A stretch of 64,000 nucleotides of DNA, taken from Pseudomonadota bacterium. Lineage in GTDB: Bacteria > Pseudomonadota > Alphaproteobacteria > Rhizobiales > JAKSCL01. How positions within the stretch are numbered: position 1 is the first letter of the stretch; each line of letters begins with the position of its first letter. This document shows positions 41,305 to 50,941 of the stretch, piece by piece. The stretch is from NCBI GenBank assembly GCA_039026395.1, contig JBCCMK010000007.1, positions 1,623 through 65,622 of the forward strand, read 5' to 3'. The notes beneath the pieces were generated by a model. It saw only the letters and a list, made by a program, of their open reading frames with translations, did no database searches and had not been told where the DNA came from. The position numbers and the translations under genes are program-made.

Positions 41305-42300
41305 CTAGGCAAGCCTCACAAAGGCATCGTCGAGACTGTCGATCGCGGCATGAACCGCATCGCGTCCGAGCTTTATTGTTTCGTCAGCCCGATGAAACTC
41401 GAATAGGCCGACATCGCCCACGCGTGGGCTAATCAGGACATCCGGCGGGTCGCCAGCGAGCCGTGACCGGGAGATACGGTCCTGAATGATGTTAAACGCG
41501 TCCACCATGATCGCTGAAATACCCGGAGGTCCATCTTTGCGGCCCATCAACTGACGCATCAAAAGACGTTTTGCGCGAGCTGGTGCGCTCAACGCTTCAG
41601 GGATTTCCTCGATCGCGGTTTCGTCTTCAAGAAGCCCATGATCATGGATGACCGTGCCGCGCCCAAAAACGTTCGCTGAGAGGTTCACGGCAATCACCAT
41701 CCGCGCGCCAAAGGCACGGCAGACGGAAACGGGAATCGGGTTCACGAGCGCGCCGTCAATCTGCCAGCGGTTGTTCAATTGGGTTGGTTTGAAAATACCG
41801 GGAAGTGAGAACGACGCGCGGATCGCATTCACCAGATTCCCTTCTGAGTGCCAGATCTCATGGCCGGTACCGACTTCCGTGGTCACAGCAATGAACTGAC
41901 GCTTGAGGTCTTCGATACGCATGTCGGCAAGGTCCGCCGACAGGAGTTTTACGAGCCTATCCCCGCCGATCAGGCTAGAGCCGCCAAAATTCAGATCGAG
42001 CAATCCGAGAATGCGGCGACGGGATAGAGACCGCGCAAAGAGTTCCAGCCGGTCAAGCTTGCCAGCCAGATGACAGCCGCCAACGACCGCGCCGATAGAT
42101 GTTCCCGCAATGACGTGAGGAACAATGCCGCGTTCTTCGAGAGCTTGGAGCACGCCGATATGAGCCCAGCCGCGAGCGGCCCCGCCACCGAGCGCAAGGC
42201 CAATCTTGATCGGTTTTTCTCGATCGGCCGTCTCGACGGGTTCAACCTCATCGGGCTCTGGCGGTTTCGTTCCCATTGATCCGCGCAAGTGTTGCAGCAT
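41305..42300 (-). CDS. Patatin-like phospholipase (RssA family)
   Basis: GGGAARG, GTSIG and DGA. Confidence 0.93.
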   Translation of the reverse strand: MLQHLRGSMGTKPPEPDEVEPVETADREKPIKIGLALGGGAARGWAHIGVLQALEERGIVPHVIAGTSIGAVVGGCHLAGKLDRLELFARSLSRRRILGLLDLNFGGSSLIGGDRLVKLLSADLADMRIEDLKRQFIAVTTEVGTGHEIWHSEGNLVNAIRASFSLPGIFKPTQLNNRWQIDGALVNPIPVSVCRAFGARMVIAVNLSANVFGRGTVIHDHGLLEDETAIEEIPEALSAPARAKRLLMRQLMGRKDGPPGISAIMVDAFNIIQDRISRSRLAGDPPDVLISPRVGDVGLFEFHRADETIKLGRDAVHAAIDSLDDAFVRLA

Positions 42301-42796
42301 GGCGCGTTGTCGCCTTTTTCACCTCAGTTTGGCTGTGCGGCTGCAATTTCGGGACCACGCCGATTAAAAAACTATTCGCTGCGATGTCGCTCAGTGTTGA
42401 TGCGGATACATCGCGCTCGAGTTTGACAACACCGTTTTCCATGATGATGCGTCGGAAGAAACAGGAGCGTTCACCCGTGTGGCAAGCACCGCCATCGCCA
42501 CCCACCGTGACCCGCGCAACGATCGCGTCCTGATCACAATCAGTGCGAAGTTCAACCACGGTCTGAATTTGACCGCTGGTCTCGCCCTTTTTCCAAAGCT
42601 CCTGTCGGGATCGGCTCCAATAGTGCATCACACCCGTCTGGATCGTTCGATCAACAGCCTCGGCATTCATATGAGCGACCATCAGAACATCACTTGAGGC
42701 ATGATCAAGCGTCACGCAGGTCAAGAGGCCCTGCGCGTCAAAACGGGGCGAAAATGTTCGCCCCGTCTCACGCTCTTTTTTGTCGATGTCGGACAT
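42248..42796 (-). CDS. hisI: Phosphoribosyl-AMP cyclohydrolase with atypical C-terminal extension
   Basis: YWSRSRQELWKKGETSG, DCDQDA and CHTGERSCFF. Confidence 0.93.
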   Translation of the reverse strand: MSDIDKKERETGRTFSPRFDAQGLLTCVTLDHASSDVLMVAHMNAEAVDRTIQTGVMHYWSRSRQELWKKGETSGQIQTVVELRTDCDQDAIVARVTVGGDGGACHTGERSCFFRRIIMENGVVKLERDVSASTLSDIAANSFLIGVVPKLQPHSQTEVKKATTRHAATLARINGNETARAR

Positions 42797-42820
42797 CGAC
42801 CTGCTTTCTTTAATGGAGAT

Positions 42821-43435
42821 CTAGTGTTTCCGAATGAGGTCGAGGAAGCGATCTTGCTCGGTTTTATCGTCCTTGAAGAGACCAAGGAAGCGCGTCGTAA
42901 CGGTCGAAGACCCGTGTTTTTTGATGCCCCGCATGGACATGCACATGTGTTCAGCTTCGACCATGACTGCGAGCCCTTTCGGGTTCAGCACTTCCTCAAT
43001 GGCACTTGCGATTTGCGACGTCAGGTTTTCCTGGGTCTGCAGGCGACGTGCATAAATCTCTGTGACACGCGCGAGCTTTGAGAGGCCTACGACGCGGTCG
43101 GTTGGATAGTACGCAATGTGCGCTTTTCCGTAGAACGGAACCATGTGGTGTTCGCAGTGTGAGTGGAACGGGATGTCCCGCACCAAAACGATCTCGTCAT
43201 AGCCGCCCACTTCTTCAAAAGTGCGCTTCAGATCGTCCGTTGGATCCAACTCATAACCGGAAAACAGCTCATGATAAGCCTTTACGACGCGCGACGGGGT
43301 GTCGAGGAGCCCTTCGCGGTCTGGATCCTCGCCCATGTAGGCCAGAAGCGTGCGCACGGCAGCTTCTGCCTGATCTCTTGTTGGCTGTTCAGGCGTGTTC
43401 TTGTTCCAGATAAAGGGTTTTACAACGGCATCCAT
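42821..43435 (-). CDS. folE: GTP cyclohydrolase I
   Basis: [23 protein letters not shown] and HMCMSMRG. Confidence 0.97.
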   Translation of the reverse strand: MDAVVKPFIWNKNTPEQPTRDQAEAAVRTLLAYMGEDPDREGLLDTPSRVVKAYHELFSGYELDPTDDLKRTFEEVGGYDEIVLVRDIPFHSHCEHHMVPFYGKAHIAYYPTDRVVGLSKLARVTEIYARRLQTQENLTSQIASAIEEVLNPKGLAVMVEAEHMCMSMRGIKKHGSSTVTTRFLGLFKDDKTEQDRFLDLIRKH

Positions 43436-43640
43436 TCCATGACCTTTCGTCAAAGCTAGCGTGTTGCCGTCTGCAAACCAGCGCGGTGTCGCGTCCCACC
43501 CTTGGTCGCATTAGCCGGGGCGGTTTTACGCAGAGGTGGCGCAGGTGGCTTCACTCTCGTGTCGCCATCATATATGCCAATGGAATGTGGCTGGGTAGGG
43601 TCTGGCCATCACCTTTTGTACAGAATGTCGCAGGTGCGCG

Positions 43641-44102
43641 ATGCTGAACGATCTCTACAACAAGCAAATCCTTGCTTTTGCTGCTGAAATTCCCCGTGTC
43701 GGTAGACTTACCTCACCTAACGGAAGCGCAAAGGCCCACTCCAGGCTTTGTGGCTCAACCGTGACCGTTGACGTCGTTTTTGAGGACGGCGTGGTCGTTG
43801 ATTTTGGTCACGAAGTGAAAGCTTGCGCGCTCGGCCAGGCGTCCTCTTCGATCCTCGCAAGACATGTGATCGGCGCGACTCGGGACGAACTTGCTGACGT
43901 GCGGGACCGCATGACGGCGATGCTCAAGGATGATGGACCTGCGGACTTTGATGGTCAGTGGGCTGACCTCAACGTGCTTGAACCCGTACGGGAGTTTAAA
44001 TCCCGTCACGCATCGACACTTTTGACTTTCAATGCCGTGGTCGACGCTGTCGACGCGGCGCTCGAAAATCAGGGCAATGTGCCAGCCGCAGCCAACGCCT
44101 GA
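43641..44102 (+). CDS. IscU/NifU-N-like Fe-S scaffold protein
   Basis: SRLCGSTV, VKACALGQASS and RHASTLL. Confidence 0.85.
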   Translation: MLNDLYNKQILAFAAEIPRVGRLTSPNGSAKAHSRLCGSTVTVDVVFEDGVVVDFGHEVKACALGQASSSILARHVIGATRDELADVRDRMTAMLKDDGPADFDGQWADLNVLEPVREFKSRHASTLLTFNAVVDAVDAALENQGNVPAAANA

Positions 44103-44424
44103 CGTTTCATCGAAGCGAGGGTTTGGCGGCGCGTTGATCATTGGAATCATCCGCGTCTACCAACTGACACTGTCCTCGGTTTTTGGTCGCTCTTGCCGGT
44201 ATTTGCCGACCTGTTCGGAATACACGACAGACGCGGTGAAGCTCCACGGCGCTTGGGCTGGTCTTTGGATTGGCCTTGCTCGCTTCGCGCGCTGCAATCC
44301 GCTCGGGGGAGATGGTTTTGACCCGGCACCGGAGCGGTTGCCGTCGAATTCCCGGTGGTATATGCCGTGGCGCTACGGCCATTGGCGCACACCGCCTGAG
44401 TCGGTGGCGCCGCACGCTGAATAA
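44077..44424 (+). CDS. yidD: Membrane protein insertion efficiency factor YidD
   Basis: YQLTLS...CRYLPTCSEY...RCNPLGGDGFDP. Start approximate. Confidence 0.9.
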   Translation: MCQPQPTPDVSSKRGFGGALIIGIIRVYQLTLSSVFGRSCRYLPTCSEYTTDAVKLHGAWAGLWIGLARFARCNPLGGDGFDPAPERLPSNSRWYMPWRYGHWRTPPESVAPHAE

Positions 44425-44472
44425 CATTAACGCTTACCTGCTTGGTTTGCAGGAGTTGAGCTGGAGAGACGA

Positions 44473-46392
44473 ATGATTTCCCTGACATTTCCTGATGGTA
44501 ACGCGCGCGAGTTTGAGGCGGGCACGACAGGTGCCGATGTTGCGGCGTCGATTTCGAAATCGCTGGCCAAGAAGGCCGTCGCGGTCAAGCTCGATGGTGA
44601 GCTGGTCGACCTCGCGGACCCGATCAGTCAGAACGCTGGTATTGAGATCGTCACGCGCGATGATCCAGATGCTCTCGAACTAATCCGCCATGATTGCGCG
44701 CACGTGCTGGCCGAAGCTGTGCAGGCCCTTTTTCCGGGCACTCAGGTCACGATCGGCCCCGTTATAGAAAACGGTTTCTATTACGATTTCGCGCGAAACG
44801 AGCCGTTCTCTCCCGATGATTTCGAGGCAATCGAAAAGAAGATGCACGAGATCATTCGGCAAAACGCTCCTTTCACGAAGGACGTCTGGTCGCGGGAGAA
44901 GGCGAAGGAGGTGTTTGCCGAAAACGGTGAGCAGTTCAAGGTCGAACTCGTCGACGCTATCCCGGAGGGTGAGGACGTCAAAGTCTATGCGCAAGGCAAC
45001 TGGTTTGACCTTTGCCGTGGGCCCCACATGCCGTCGACGGGCAAGATCGGCACGGCCTTCAAGCTGACCAAACTTGCTGGTTCATATTGGCGGGGCGATG
45101 CCAATGGCCCGCAACTGCAGCGCATCTACGGGACCGCTTGGGCGTCAGATAAGGACCTCAAAGCCCACCTCACAATGCTCGAGGAGGCGGAAAAACGCGA
45201 CCATCGTCGCTTGGGCCGCGAAATGGATCTCTTTCATTTCCAAGAAGAGGCACCGGGCGCCGTTTTCTGGCACGCCGATGGCTGGACGCTGTTCCAGGAG
45301 CTCATTGGCTATATGCGGCGTACGCAAGGGTTAGCCGGCTATCGGGAGATAAATTCGCCCGACATGATGGACCAATCGCTTTGGGAAGCGTCAGGCCACT
45401 GGGAGAAGTTCCGCGAGAACATGTATATGGGCGACGCGCCTGATGACCGCGCTTACTGCCTTAAGCCGATGAATTGCCCCGGTCACATCCAGATATTTAA
45501 ACACGGTCTCAAAAGCTATCGCGATCTGCCACTAAAGCTCGGTGAGTTTGGTAAGGTTCATCGGTATGAGCCGTCGGGCGCGCTCCACGGGCTTTTGCGC
45601 GTGCGGCACTTCACGCAAGACGACGCTCACGTCTTTTGTACACCCGATCAGGTAACGGATGAGTGCCTGAAGGTGCATGAGCTGATGCTCTCGATTTATC
45701 GAGACTTTGGCTTCGAGAGTGTTCGGGTCAAATTTTCTGATCGACCCGAAAAGCGTGTCGGGTCCGATGAAAGTTGGGATCTTGCCGAGGCCGCCCTTTT
45801 AAAGGCCGTTGAGGCGGCGGGGCAAGATGTCGAGCTTAACCCGGGCGAGGGGGCCTTTTACGGTCCAAAGCTCGAATATGTGCTGCGGGACGCCATCGGA
45901 CGCGATTGGCAATGCGGAACGCTTCAAGTTGATTTTTCAATGCCGGAGCGGCTGGGCGCATTCTACATTGGTGCCGATGGTGAGAAGCATGTGCCCGTCA
46001 TGCTTCACAGGGCCATGTTCGGATCGCTTGAGCGATTTACCGGTATTCTCATTGAAAATTACGCCGGTCATTTTCCGCTTTGGCTTTCACCGAAGCAGGT
46101 CGTGGTCGCGACAATAACGTCTGATGCCGATGACTACGCGCAGGATGCGCTGGCAAAACTGCGTTCAGCGGGTCTGAGGGCGGAAGCAGATCTCAGAAAC
46201 GAGAAAATCAACTACAAGGTTCGCGAGCATTCCGTCACGAAGGTTCCGGCCCTGTTCGTGGTTGGCAAGCGGGAAGCGGAGGAAGGAACCGTGTCGATCC
46301 GCCGTCTCGGTTCCAAGGATCAAAAGACCATGTCGCTGGATGATGCGATCGCCGCCCTCGTTAACGAGGCGGCGGCTCCGGATTTGAGATAG
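44473..46392 (+). CDS. thrS: Threonine--tRNA ligase
   Basis: TGS domain; [29 protein letters not shown] and GSLERF. Confidence 0.99.
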   Translation: MISLTFPDGNAREFEAGTTGADVAASISKSLAKKAVAVKLDGELVDLADPISQNAGIEIVTRDDPDALELIRHDCAHVLAEAVQALFPGTQVTIGPVIENGFYYDFARNEPFSPDDFEAIEKKMHEIIRQNAPFTKDVWSREKAKEVFAENGEQFKVELVDAIPEGEDVKVYAQGNWFDLCRGPHMPSTGKIGTAFKLTKLAGSYWRGDANGPQLQRIYGTAWASDKDLKAHLTMLEEAEKRDHRRLGREMDLFHFQEEAPGAVFWHADGWTLFQELIGYMRRTQGLAGYREINSPDMMDQSLWEASGHWEKFRENMYMGDAPDDRAYCLKPMNCPGHIQIFKHGLKSYRDLPLKLGEFGKVHRYEPSGALHGLLRVRHFTQDDAHVFCTPDQVTDECLKVHELMLSIYRDFGFESVRVKFSDRPEKRVGSDESWDLAEAALLKAVEAAGQDVELNPGEGAFYGPKLEYVLRDAIGRDWQCGTLQVDFSMPERLGAFYIGADGEKHVPVMLHRAMFGSLERFTGILIENYAGHFPLWLSPKQVVVATITSDADDYAQDALAKLRSAGLRAEADLRNEKINYKVREHSVTKVPALFVVGKREAEEGTVSIRRLGSKDQKTMSLDDAIAALVNEAAAPDLR

Positions 46393-46408
46393 GCACCCGC
46401 ACGCACCC

Positions 46409-46693
46409 ATGATCCGCCATATCGTTCTCTTCAGCGCTACGGCCGAAGAGCATATCGACACGATCGTCGAGACGCTCTCTGGTTACAGCGCCATTCCTGA
46501 GGTGCGCGACCTGGCTGTGAGCCGCAACCTCAAAATGGACTCGTTGTCGAATGAGTTCGACGTCGTGCTCAGGGTCAGTTTTGCGACCCGTGACGATCTG
46601 AAAGCCTACAAAGCGCATCCGATTTACGAGGAAGGCACGCGCATCGTGCGACCGTTACGGGACCAAAGGGTCGTCGTCGACGTTGAGGAATGA
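46409..46693 (+). CDS. Dabb (stress-responsive A/B barrel) protein
   Basis: MIRHIVLF...F..DDLKAYKAHP. Confidence 0.88.
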   Translation: MIRHIVLFSATAEEHIDTIVETLSGYSAIPEVRDLAVSRNLKMDSLSNEFDVVLRVSFATRDDLKAYKAHPIYEEGTRIVRPLRDQRVVVDVEE

Positions 46694-47394
46694 CCCGCGC
46701 CGCCGAAACGGAGCTCTACGAGCCGGTAAAACGTTTTCTTGAGCGGCAAGGCTATTCGGTCAAAGGCGAAGTTGGCGAGGCGGATATTGTTGCGGTCCGG
46801 GGTGACGAGGATCCGGTAATTGTCGAGTTGAAAACTGGGTTTTCGCTCGCCTTGTTCCATCAGGCGATTGACCGATTGAACGTGTCTGACACGGTCTATG
46901 TCGCGGTGCCACGCGGCGAGGGGCGAGCGTTTCAAAAATCACTTAAGGCAAATCATAAGCTCTGCCGCCGGTTAGGTCTCGGGCTTTTGGTTGTTCGCCT
47001 GAAGGATGGTTTCGTCGAGCCGATCATTGATCCAGGTCCCTACGCACCACGGAAGTCAAACGCCAAATCAATGAGACTTCTCAAGGAGTTCGAAAAGCGT
47101 GTTGGCGATCCGATGGAAGGTGGCTCGACCCGCAAACCTATGATGACGGCGTACCGCCAAGACGCGCTTCGGTGTCTCCATATTCTCAACCAGAACGGAC
47201 CAACAAAGGCGGCTGAGGTTGCGGCTTTGACCAATGTACCGCTGGCGCGCCGTTTGATGGCTGACAATCATTATGGCTGGTTCGATCGTGTTGATCGCGG
47301 CGTGTATTCGCCAAGCCCTAAGGGTGAACGTGCGCTCATCGACTATGCAGATCAAATTGCCCGTCTCTTCGATCATGCCGAGCGTGATCCCTGA
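46690..47394 (+). CDS. DUF2161 family putative PD-(D/E)XK nuclease
   Basis: ETELYEPVK..GYSVKGEV..ADIVA..IVELK..Q..DR, MTAYRQDAL and NHYGWF. Confidence 0.85.
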   Translation: MTRAAETELYEPVKRFLERQGYSVKGEVGEADIVAVRGDEDPVIVELKTGFSLALFHQAIDRLNVSDTVYVAVPRGEGRAFQKSLKANHKLCRRLGLGLLVVRLKDGFVEPIIDPGPYAPRKSNAKSMRLLKEFEKRVGDPMEGGSTRKPMMTAYRQDALRCLHILNQNGPTKAAEVAALTNVPLARRLMADNHYGWFDRVDRGVYSPSPKGERALIDYADQIARLFDHAERDP

Positions 47395-47453
47395 CACAAT
47401 GCTGTGGATGGGTTGTGATACGCTCAACCGTCACGTTTCGATGGAGGACGATC

Positions 47454-47942
47454 ATGCCAGTCACACTCGATATTCAGCAACCGCAGCCTTTTGACCTCGT
47501 AGGGTCGAAGATCCTGATCGCAGGCAACGCCGCCGCCTTTGAGGGCACGTTGTCCGTCACCGTCTCCGAAGGCCAGGATGAAGTGTCGTCTTTCATTACC
47601 GTCGGCGCCCTCGGTATTCGGCAATTTCAGGGTTCGATCGATATCCCAGAAACAGTTGCGTTCACCCTGACCAGGGTATTCGTGATCCTGGCAGACAATA
47701 CCGGAAATGCTGACGGCCCAAGCCTGTTTATACCGGTGCTGTTTGGCCCCAAGATCTTGCCCGGTTTTACGGGATGGCAGCCCTATACCGTGCAATCGGG
47801 TGATACGCTGACGAGCATCGCGCAGGCGCAATACGGGAATTCAAATTTCACGCCGATCTTTCAGGCGAACCAGAATATCATCTCCGACCCGAACCTGATT
47901 TTCCCAGGTCAGGAGTTGAAGATCCCGCGAAACGATACGTGA
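47454..47942 (+). CDS. Gmad2-like Ig domain + LysM protein
   Basis: N-terminal IQQPQPFDLVGSKILIAGNAAAFEGT; C-terminal YTVQSGDTLTSIA...IFQAN...DPNLIFPGQELKIP; GGAGG SD. Confidence 0.8.
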   Translation: MPVTLDIQQPQPFDLVGSKILIAGNAAAFEGTLSVTVSEGQDEVSSFITVGALGIRQFQGSIDIPETVAFTLTRVFVILADNTGNADGPSLFIPVLFGPKILPGFTGWQPYTVQSGDTLTSIAQAQYGNSNFTPIFQANQNIISDPNLIFPGQELKIPRNDT

Positions 47943-47966
47943 TCTGGCGGGCTCGTAATCTGGGGG

Positions 47967-48881
47967 CTACTGCGCAACCAGTTCGACTTCGCGGTCGATG
48001 CCCGGTTCGACGTTGAAAGTCTTGTTGTAGACTTGCCCCTCATGGCGGGCGATTGCTTCATAGTCGCCGGCTGCGAGAACATGCGTTGGGAATGCGCCGA
48101 TTGACTCAATCACGGTGTCGCCGCCCGGCGTCAGAACATTCCAGGTCGTGTTGGCCAGGGCCTCGCCGCCTGCCTCGTTCACCAATTTCATGGTCACGTT
48201 GGCTGCACGGTGGATGATCGTCGCGTCGGTGATTTTTCCAGGCTCGACTTTGACATCAGCGCGGACAGTCGCGTTCGCGTTCCCGTACTGGCTCACGACG
48301 TGGTACGCGCCAGCGCTCAGACGGAGCACTTTGCCGATGCTTGCGACGTCCGTGATCGCGGTACTTTCGCCATACTCGTCTTTTTCAGTGGAATAGACCT
48401 TGAACGCCACGTTCGAAACGACGTTTGACACGCCACGGCCGAGGTCAGCCCATAAACGTAGGCCACCGGCGTTCAAATTGAGAGACTCTGCAAGGGGCTC
48501 GGTATCAATTGAAACGAGCCGCGTGGCTTGCGCCCGGCCATAGGCGGCGTGCACGACGTAGCTTCCAGTCGACAGCTGTAGATTTGGCAGCGCTTGGTCG
48601 GTCTTCACAATGAGCGGATATTGGCCGTTTTCGTTTGGCTGCGTTGAATAAACCCGCCAAACAAGCCCGCTACCGATTGTGGGCCCTTCCTCAACGAGCG
48701 TCGCGCTGAGCGCAAGGGTCATTTCGGTGGTGGGCGCAAGTTGTGTTGGGCTTCCGACGGTCCCATCTGGCTGTTCGGGTGCCAATTGAACCGGTTCTTC
48801 AGGCGCTGCATCTTGCGCGAACGCCGTAATCGGTGCGACCACGATAGCGATCGCTGCAAAGATCGGAATGAACCGCTTCAC
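47967..48881 (-). CDS. Conserved exported hypothetical protein (repeated beta-sandwich domains)
   Basis: Signal peptide AFA; GLVWRV, GSYVVHAAYG, GAYHVVSQYG and GDYEAIARH repeats. Confidence 0.75.
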   Translation of the reverse strand: MKRFIPIFAAIAIVVAPITAFAQDAAPEEPVQLAPEQPDGTVGSPTQLAPTTEMTLALSATLVEEGPTIGSGLVWRVYSTQPNENGQYPLIVKTDQALPNLQLSTGSYVVHAAYGRAQATRLVSIDTEPLAESLNLNAGGLRLWADLGRGVSNVVSNVAFKVYSTEKDEYGESTAITDVASIGKVLRLSAGAYHVVSQYGNANATVRADVKVEPGKITDATIIHRAANVTMKLVNEAGGEALANTTWNVLTPGGDTVIESIGAFPTHVLAAGDYEAIARHEGQVYNKTFNVEPGIDREVELVAQ

Positions 48882-48904
48882 TGCCTGCCTCCAATGGACA
48901 TCAC

Positions 48905-49516
48905 ATGGATTATGACGCGCTTACAAATGACCATGGCTTGCCTTTTGATCCCTTCAAGGCGCTCGTCTCTCCGAGACCGATAGGCTGGATTTCGAGCAAA
49001 AGTGCGACCGGTACTCTCAACCTTGCGCCCTATAGTTTTTTCAACGCCCTTTCAAGCCGACCAAATATCGTGATGTTCTCGTCGAGCGGCTACAAAGACA
49101 GTGTCCGCAACATCGATGAGACCGGCGAGTTTGTCTGCAATATCGCGAGCCGGGACCTTCTTCACCAAATGAGTGAAACGAGCGCGCCTGCTGCGCCAGA
49201 TGTCGACGAGTTCGATTTGGCGGGGTTGCGGACAGAGAAGAGTATTTCGGTCGCACCGCCGCGGGTCGCGGATGCTCCGGCTGCGATGGAGTGCAAACAT
49301 CTACAGACACTGGCGCTCAAGGATCTCGATGGCAACTCGGCCGAGACATGGGTCGTGATCGGCCAAGTCACCTGGATCCACATCAATGATGATGTGATCG
49401 TTGACGGGTTCGTCGATGTCACGCGTTATCAGCCGCTCTCCAGGCTCGGATACACACACTATGCCGCTGTCGGGAGTGTGTTTTCGCTGGATCGTCCGCC
49501 TGGCACGCCGACCTAG
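48905..49516 (+). CDS. Flavin reductase family protein
   Basis: PRPIGWIS, NLAPYSFF, KDSVRNI and PLSRLG. Confidence 0.9.
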   Translation: MDYDALTNDHGLPFDPFKALVSPRPIGWISSKSATGTLNLAPYSFFNALSSRPNIVMFSSSGYKDSVRNIDETGEFVCNIASRDLLHQMSETSAPAAPDVDEFDLAGLRTEKSISVAPPRVADAPAAMECKHLQTLALKDLDGNSAETWVVIGQVTWIHINDDVIVDGFVDVTRYQPLSRLGYTHYAAVGSVFSLDRPPGTPT

Positions 49517-49526
49517 GGTCCTGACC

Positions 49527-50387
49527 TTAACGCTGTCTGGCTCGCGCAAGGATCGAATGCGCCTTCTTCAGGTGAGGGCGGTCAATCATCGTGCCATCGA
49601 GCGAGAGAACACCCGTGTTGGCGTTCGTTTCAAAGGCGTTGACGACCCTGTTCGCCCAATCAATGGCCTCCGCACTTGGCGTGAAAACGGCATTGATGAC
49701 GGGGACTTGAGCCGGGTGGATTGCCATTTTGCCAGTAAAGCCATCTTGGCGGGCAGCTTCGCATTCGGCCCTCAAACCTTCCTCGTCCCGAATGTCGGTG
49801 AAGACGGTATCCAATGCCTGAGCGTTCGCGTGCGCGGCGCCCGCGAGGCAGAGAGAGCGAGCAAGTCGGAAAAGATCCGTGTACTCACCGGTTTCGAACC
49901 GCTTTCTTTCGGCACCGACTTCAGCGGAAAGGTCCTCAGCACCCCATGTGATCGCCGTGAGCCGGTCGCTGACGCCCGCATAGGTGCCAAGATTAAAGAG
50001 GGCGCCCGGCGTCTCTGTTGCGATGACAGCGATGGAAAGCGGGGAGGTCGGCTGCGATTGCTCGATCGAGTTAGCCAGCGCGCTGACATCCGCGCCGGAA
50101 GCTGCCTTGGGCAACATGATCCCATCGACGGGGAGTGAGAGGGTGGTCTCAAGGTCGGCGGTGTGGTCGGGATCATTCAGCGCGTTCACCCGCACGAAGA
50201 CAGCGAGTGCTGCATCGTCAATGGCCGAACTGAGTTCTGAGAGGAGAGACCGCGCATTATCTTTCTCAGAGGTTGCGACCGAATCTTCGAGATCGAGAAT
50301 GACGCAGTCCGCCTCCGACGAGAGCCCTTTCTCGATCTTTCGCGGGCTGTCAGCCGGGACAAAAAGCCATGAGCGGTAGTCCGTCAT
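49527..50387 (-). CDS. CitE/HpcH family CoA ester lyase
   Basis: RSWLFVPAD, DLEDSV, VRVN, WGAEDL and KMAIHPAQ. Confidence 0.92.
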   Translation of the reverse strand: MTDYRSWLFVPADSPRKIEKGLSSEADCVILDLEDSVATSEKDNARSLLSELSSAIDDAALAVFVRVNALNDPDHTADLETTLSLPVDGIMLPKAASGADVSALANSIEQSQPTSPLSIAVIATETPGALFNLGTYAGVSDRLTAITWGAEDLSAEVGAERKRFETGEYTDLFRLARSLCLAGAAHANAQALDTVFTDIRDEEGLRAECEAARQDGFTGKMAIHPAQVPVINAVFTPSAEAIDWANRVVNAFETNANTGVLSLDGTMIDRPHLKKAHSILARARQR

Positions 50388-50842
50388 TCCGCTTGTTGCC
50401 GCTTCATGAACGCCTGTCGACGGCAGATCGCGACCAGTTCACCGGACTGCTTGAAGGCTTTGTGCTCAAACTCGACGATGCCTGCATCATTGCGGGATTT
50501 GCTCTCCCGCTTTGTCATCACTTCGGTCGTTACGTTGACGGTATCTCCGTGAAAGAGCGGATTGGGAAAACGGACTTCTGTCATCCCCAAATTAGCGATC
50601 GTCGTTCCAACGGTCGTATCATTCACAGAAATTCCGATCATCAGCCCGAGAGTGAAAAGGGAGTTCACGAGCGGTTGGCCGAATTGGGTTTCGTTTTTGC
50701 AGAAATCAAAATCGATATGGAGGGGTTGTGGATTGAGAGTCATGTTTGAAAACAACATGTTATCGGATTCGGTTACGGTCCGACGTATGCGGTGTTCGAA
50801 GCGTTGTCCTTCTTCAAACTCCTCAAAGTAGAGACCCGCCAT
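50384..50842 (-). CDS. MaoC family dehydratase
   Basis: GLYFEEF, RTVTESDN, NPQPLH and PLFHGDT; ATGA overlap with the lyase gene. Confidence 0.92.
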   Translation of the reverse strand: MAGLYFEEFEEGQRFEHRIRRTVTESDNMLFSNMTLNPQPLHIDFDFCKNETQFGQPLVNSLFTLGLMIGISVNDTTVGTTIANLGMTEVRFPNPLFHGDTVNVTTEVMTKRESKSRNDAGIVEFEHKAFKQSGELVAICRRQAFMKRQQAE

Positions 50843-50941
50843 ACCATCCTCCTAAGCGCGTTTTTCAGCTCTTTTTAATGAGCGGTTTACCATAAGTGCC
50901 GTAGGTCGGAACACGCGATATGACGGAATTCGGCCCGTACC

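Noticed and set aside
43436-43640. THF-II (folE motif) riboswitch upstream of folE
   Set aside because: It is expected in some Rhizobiales, but I could not find its core as I recall it (CCGUUCAACUCG...ACGGGAG) on the minus strand. A cmscan would settle it.
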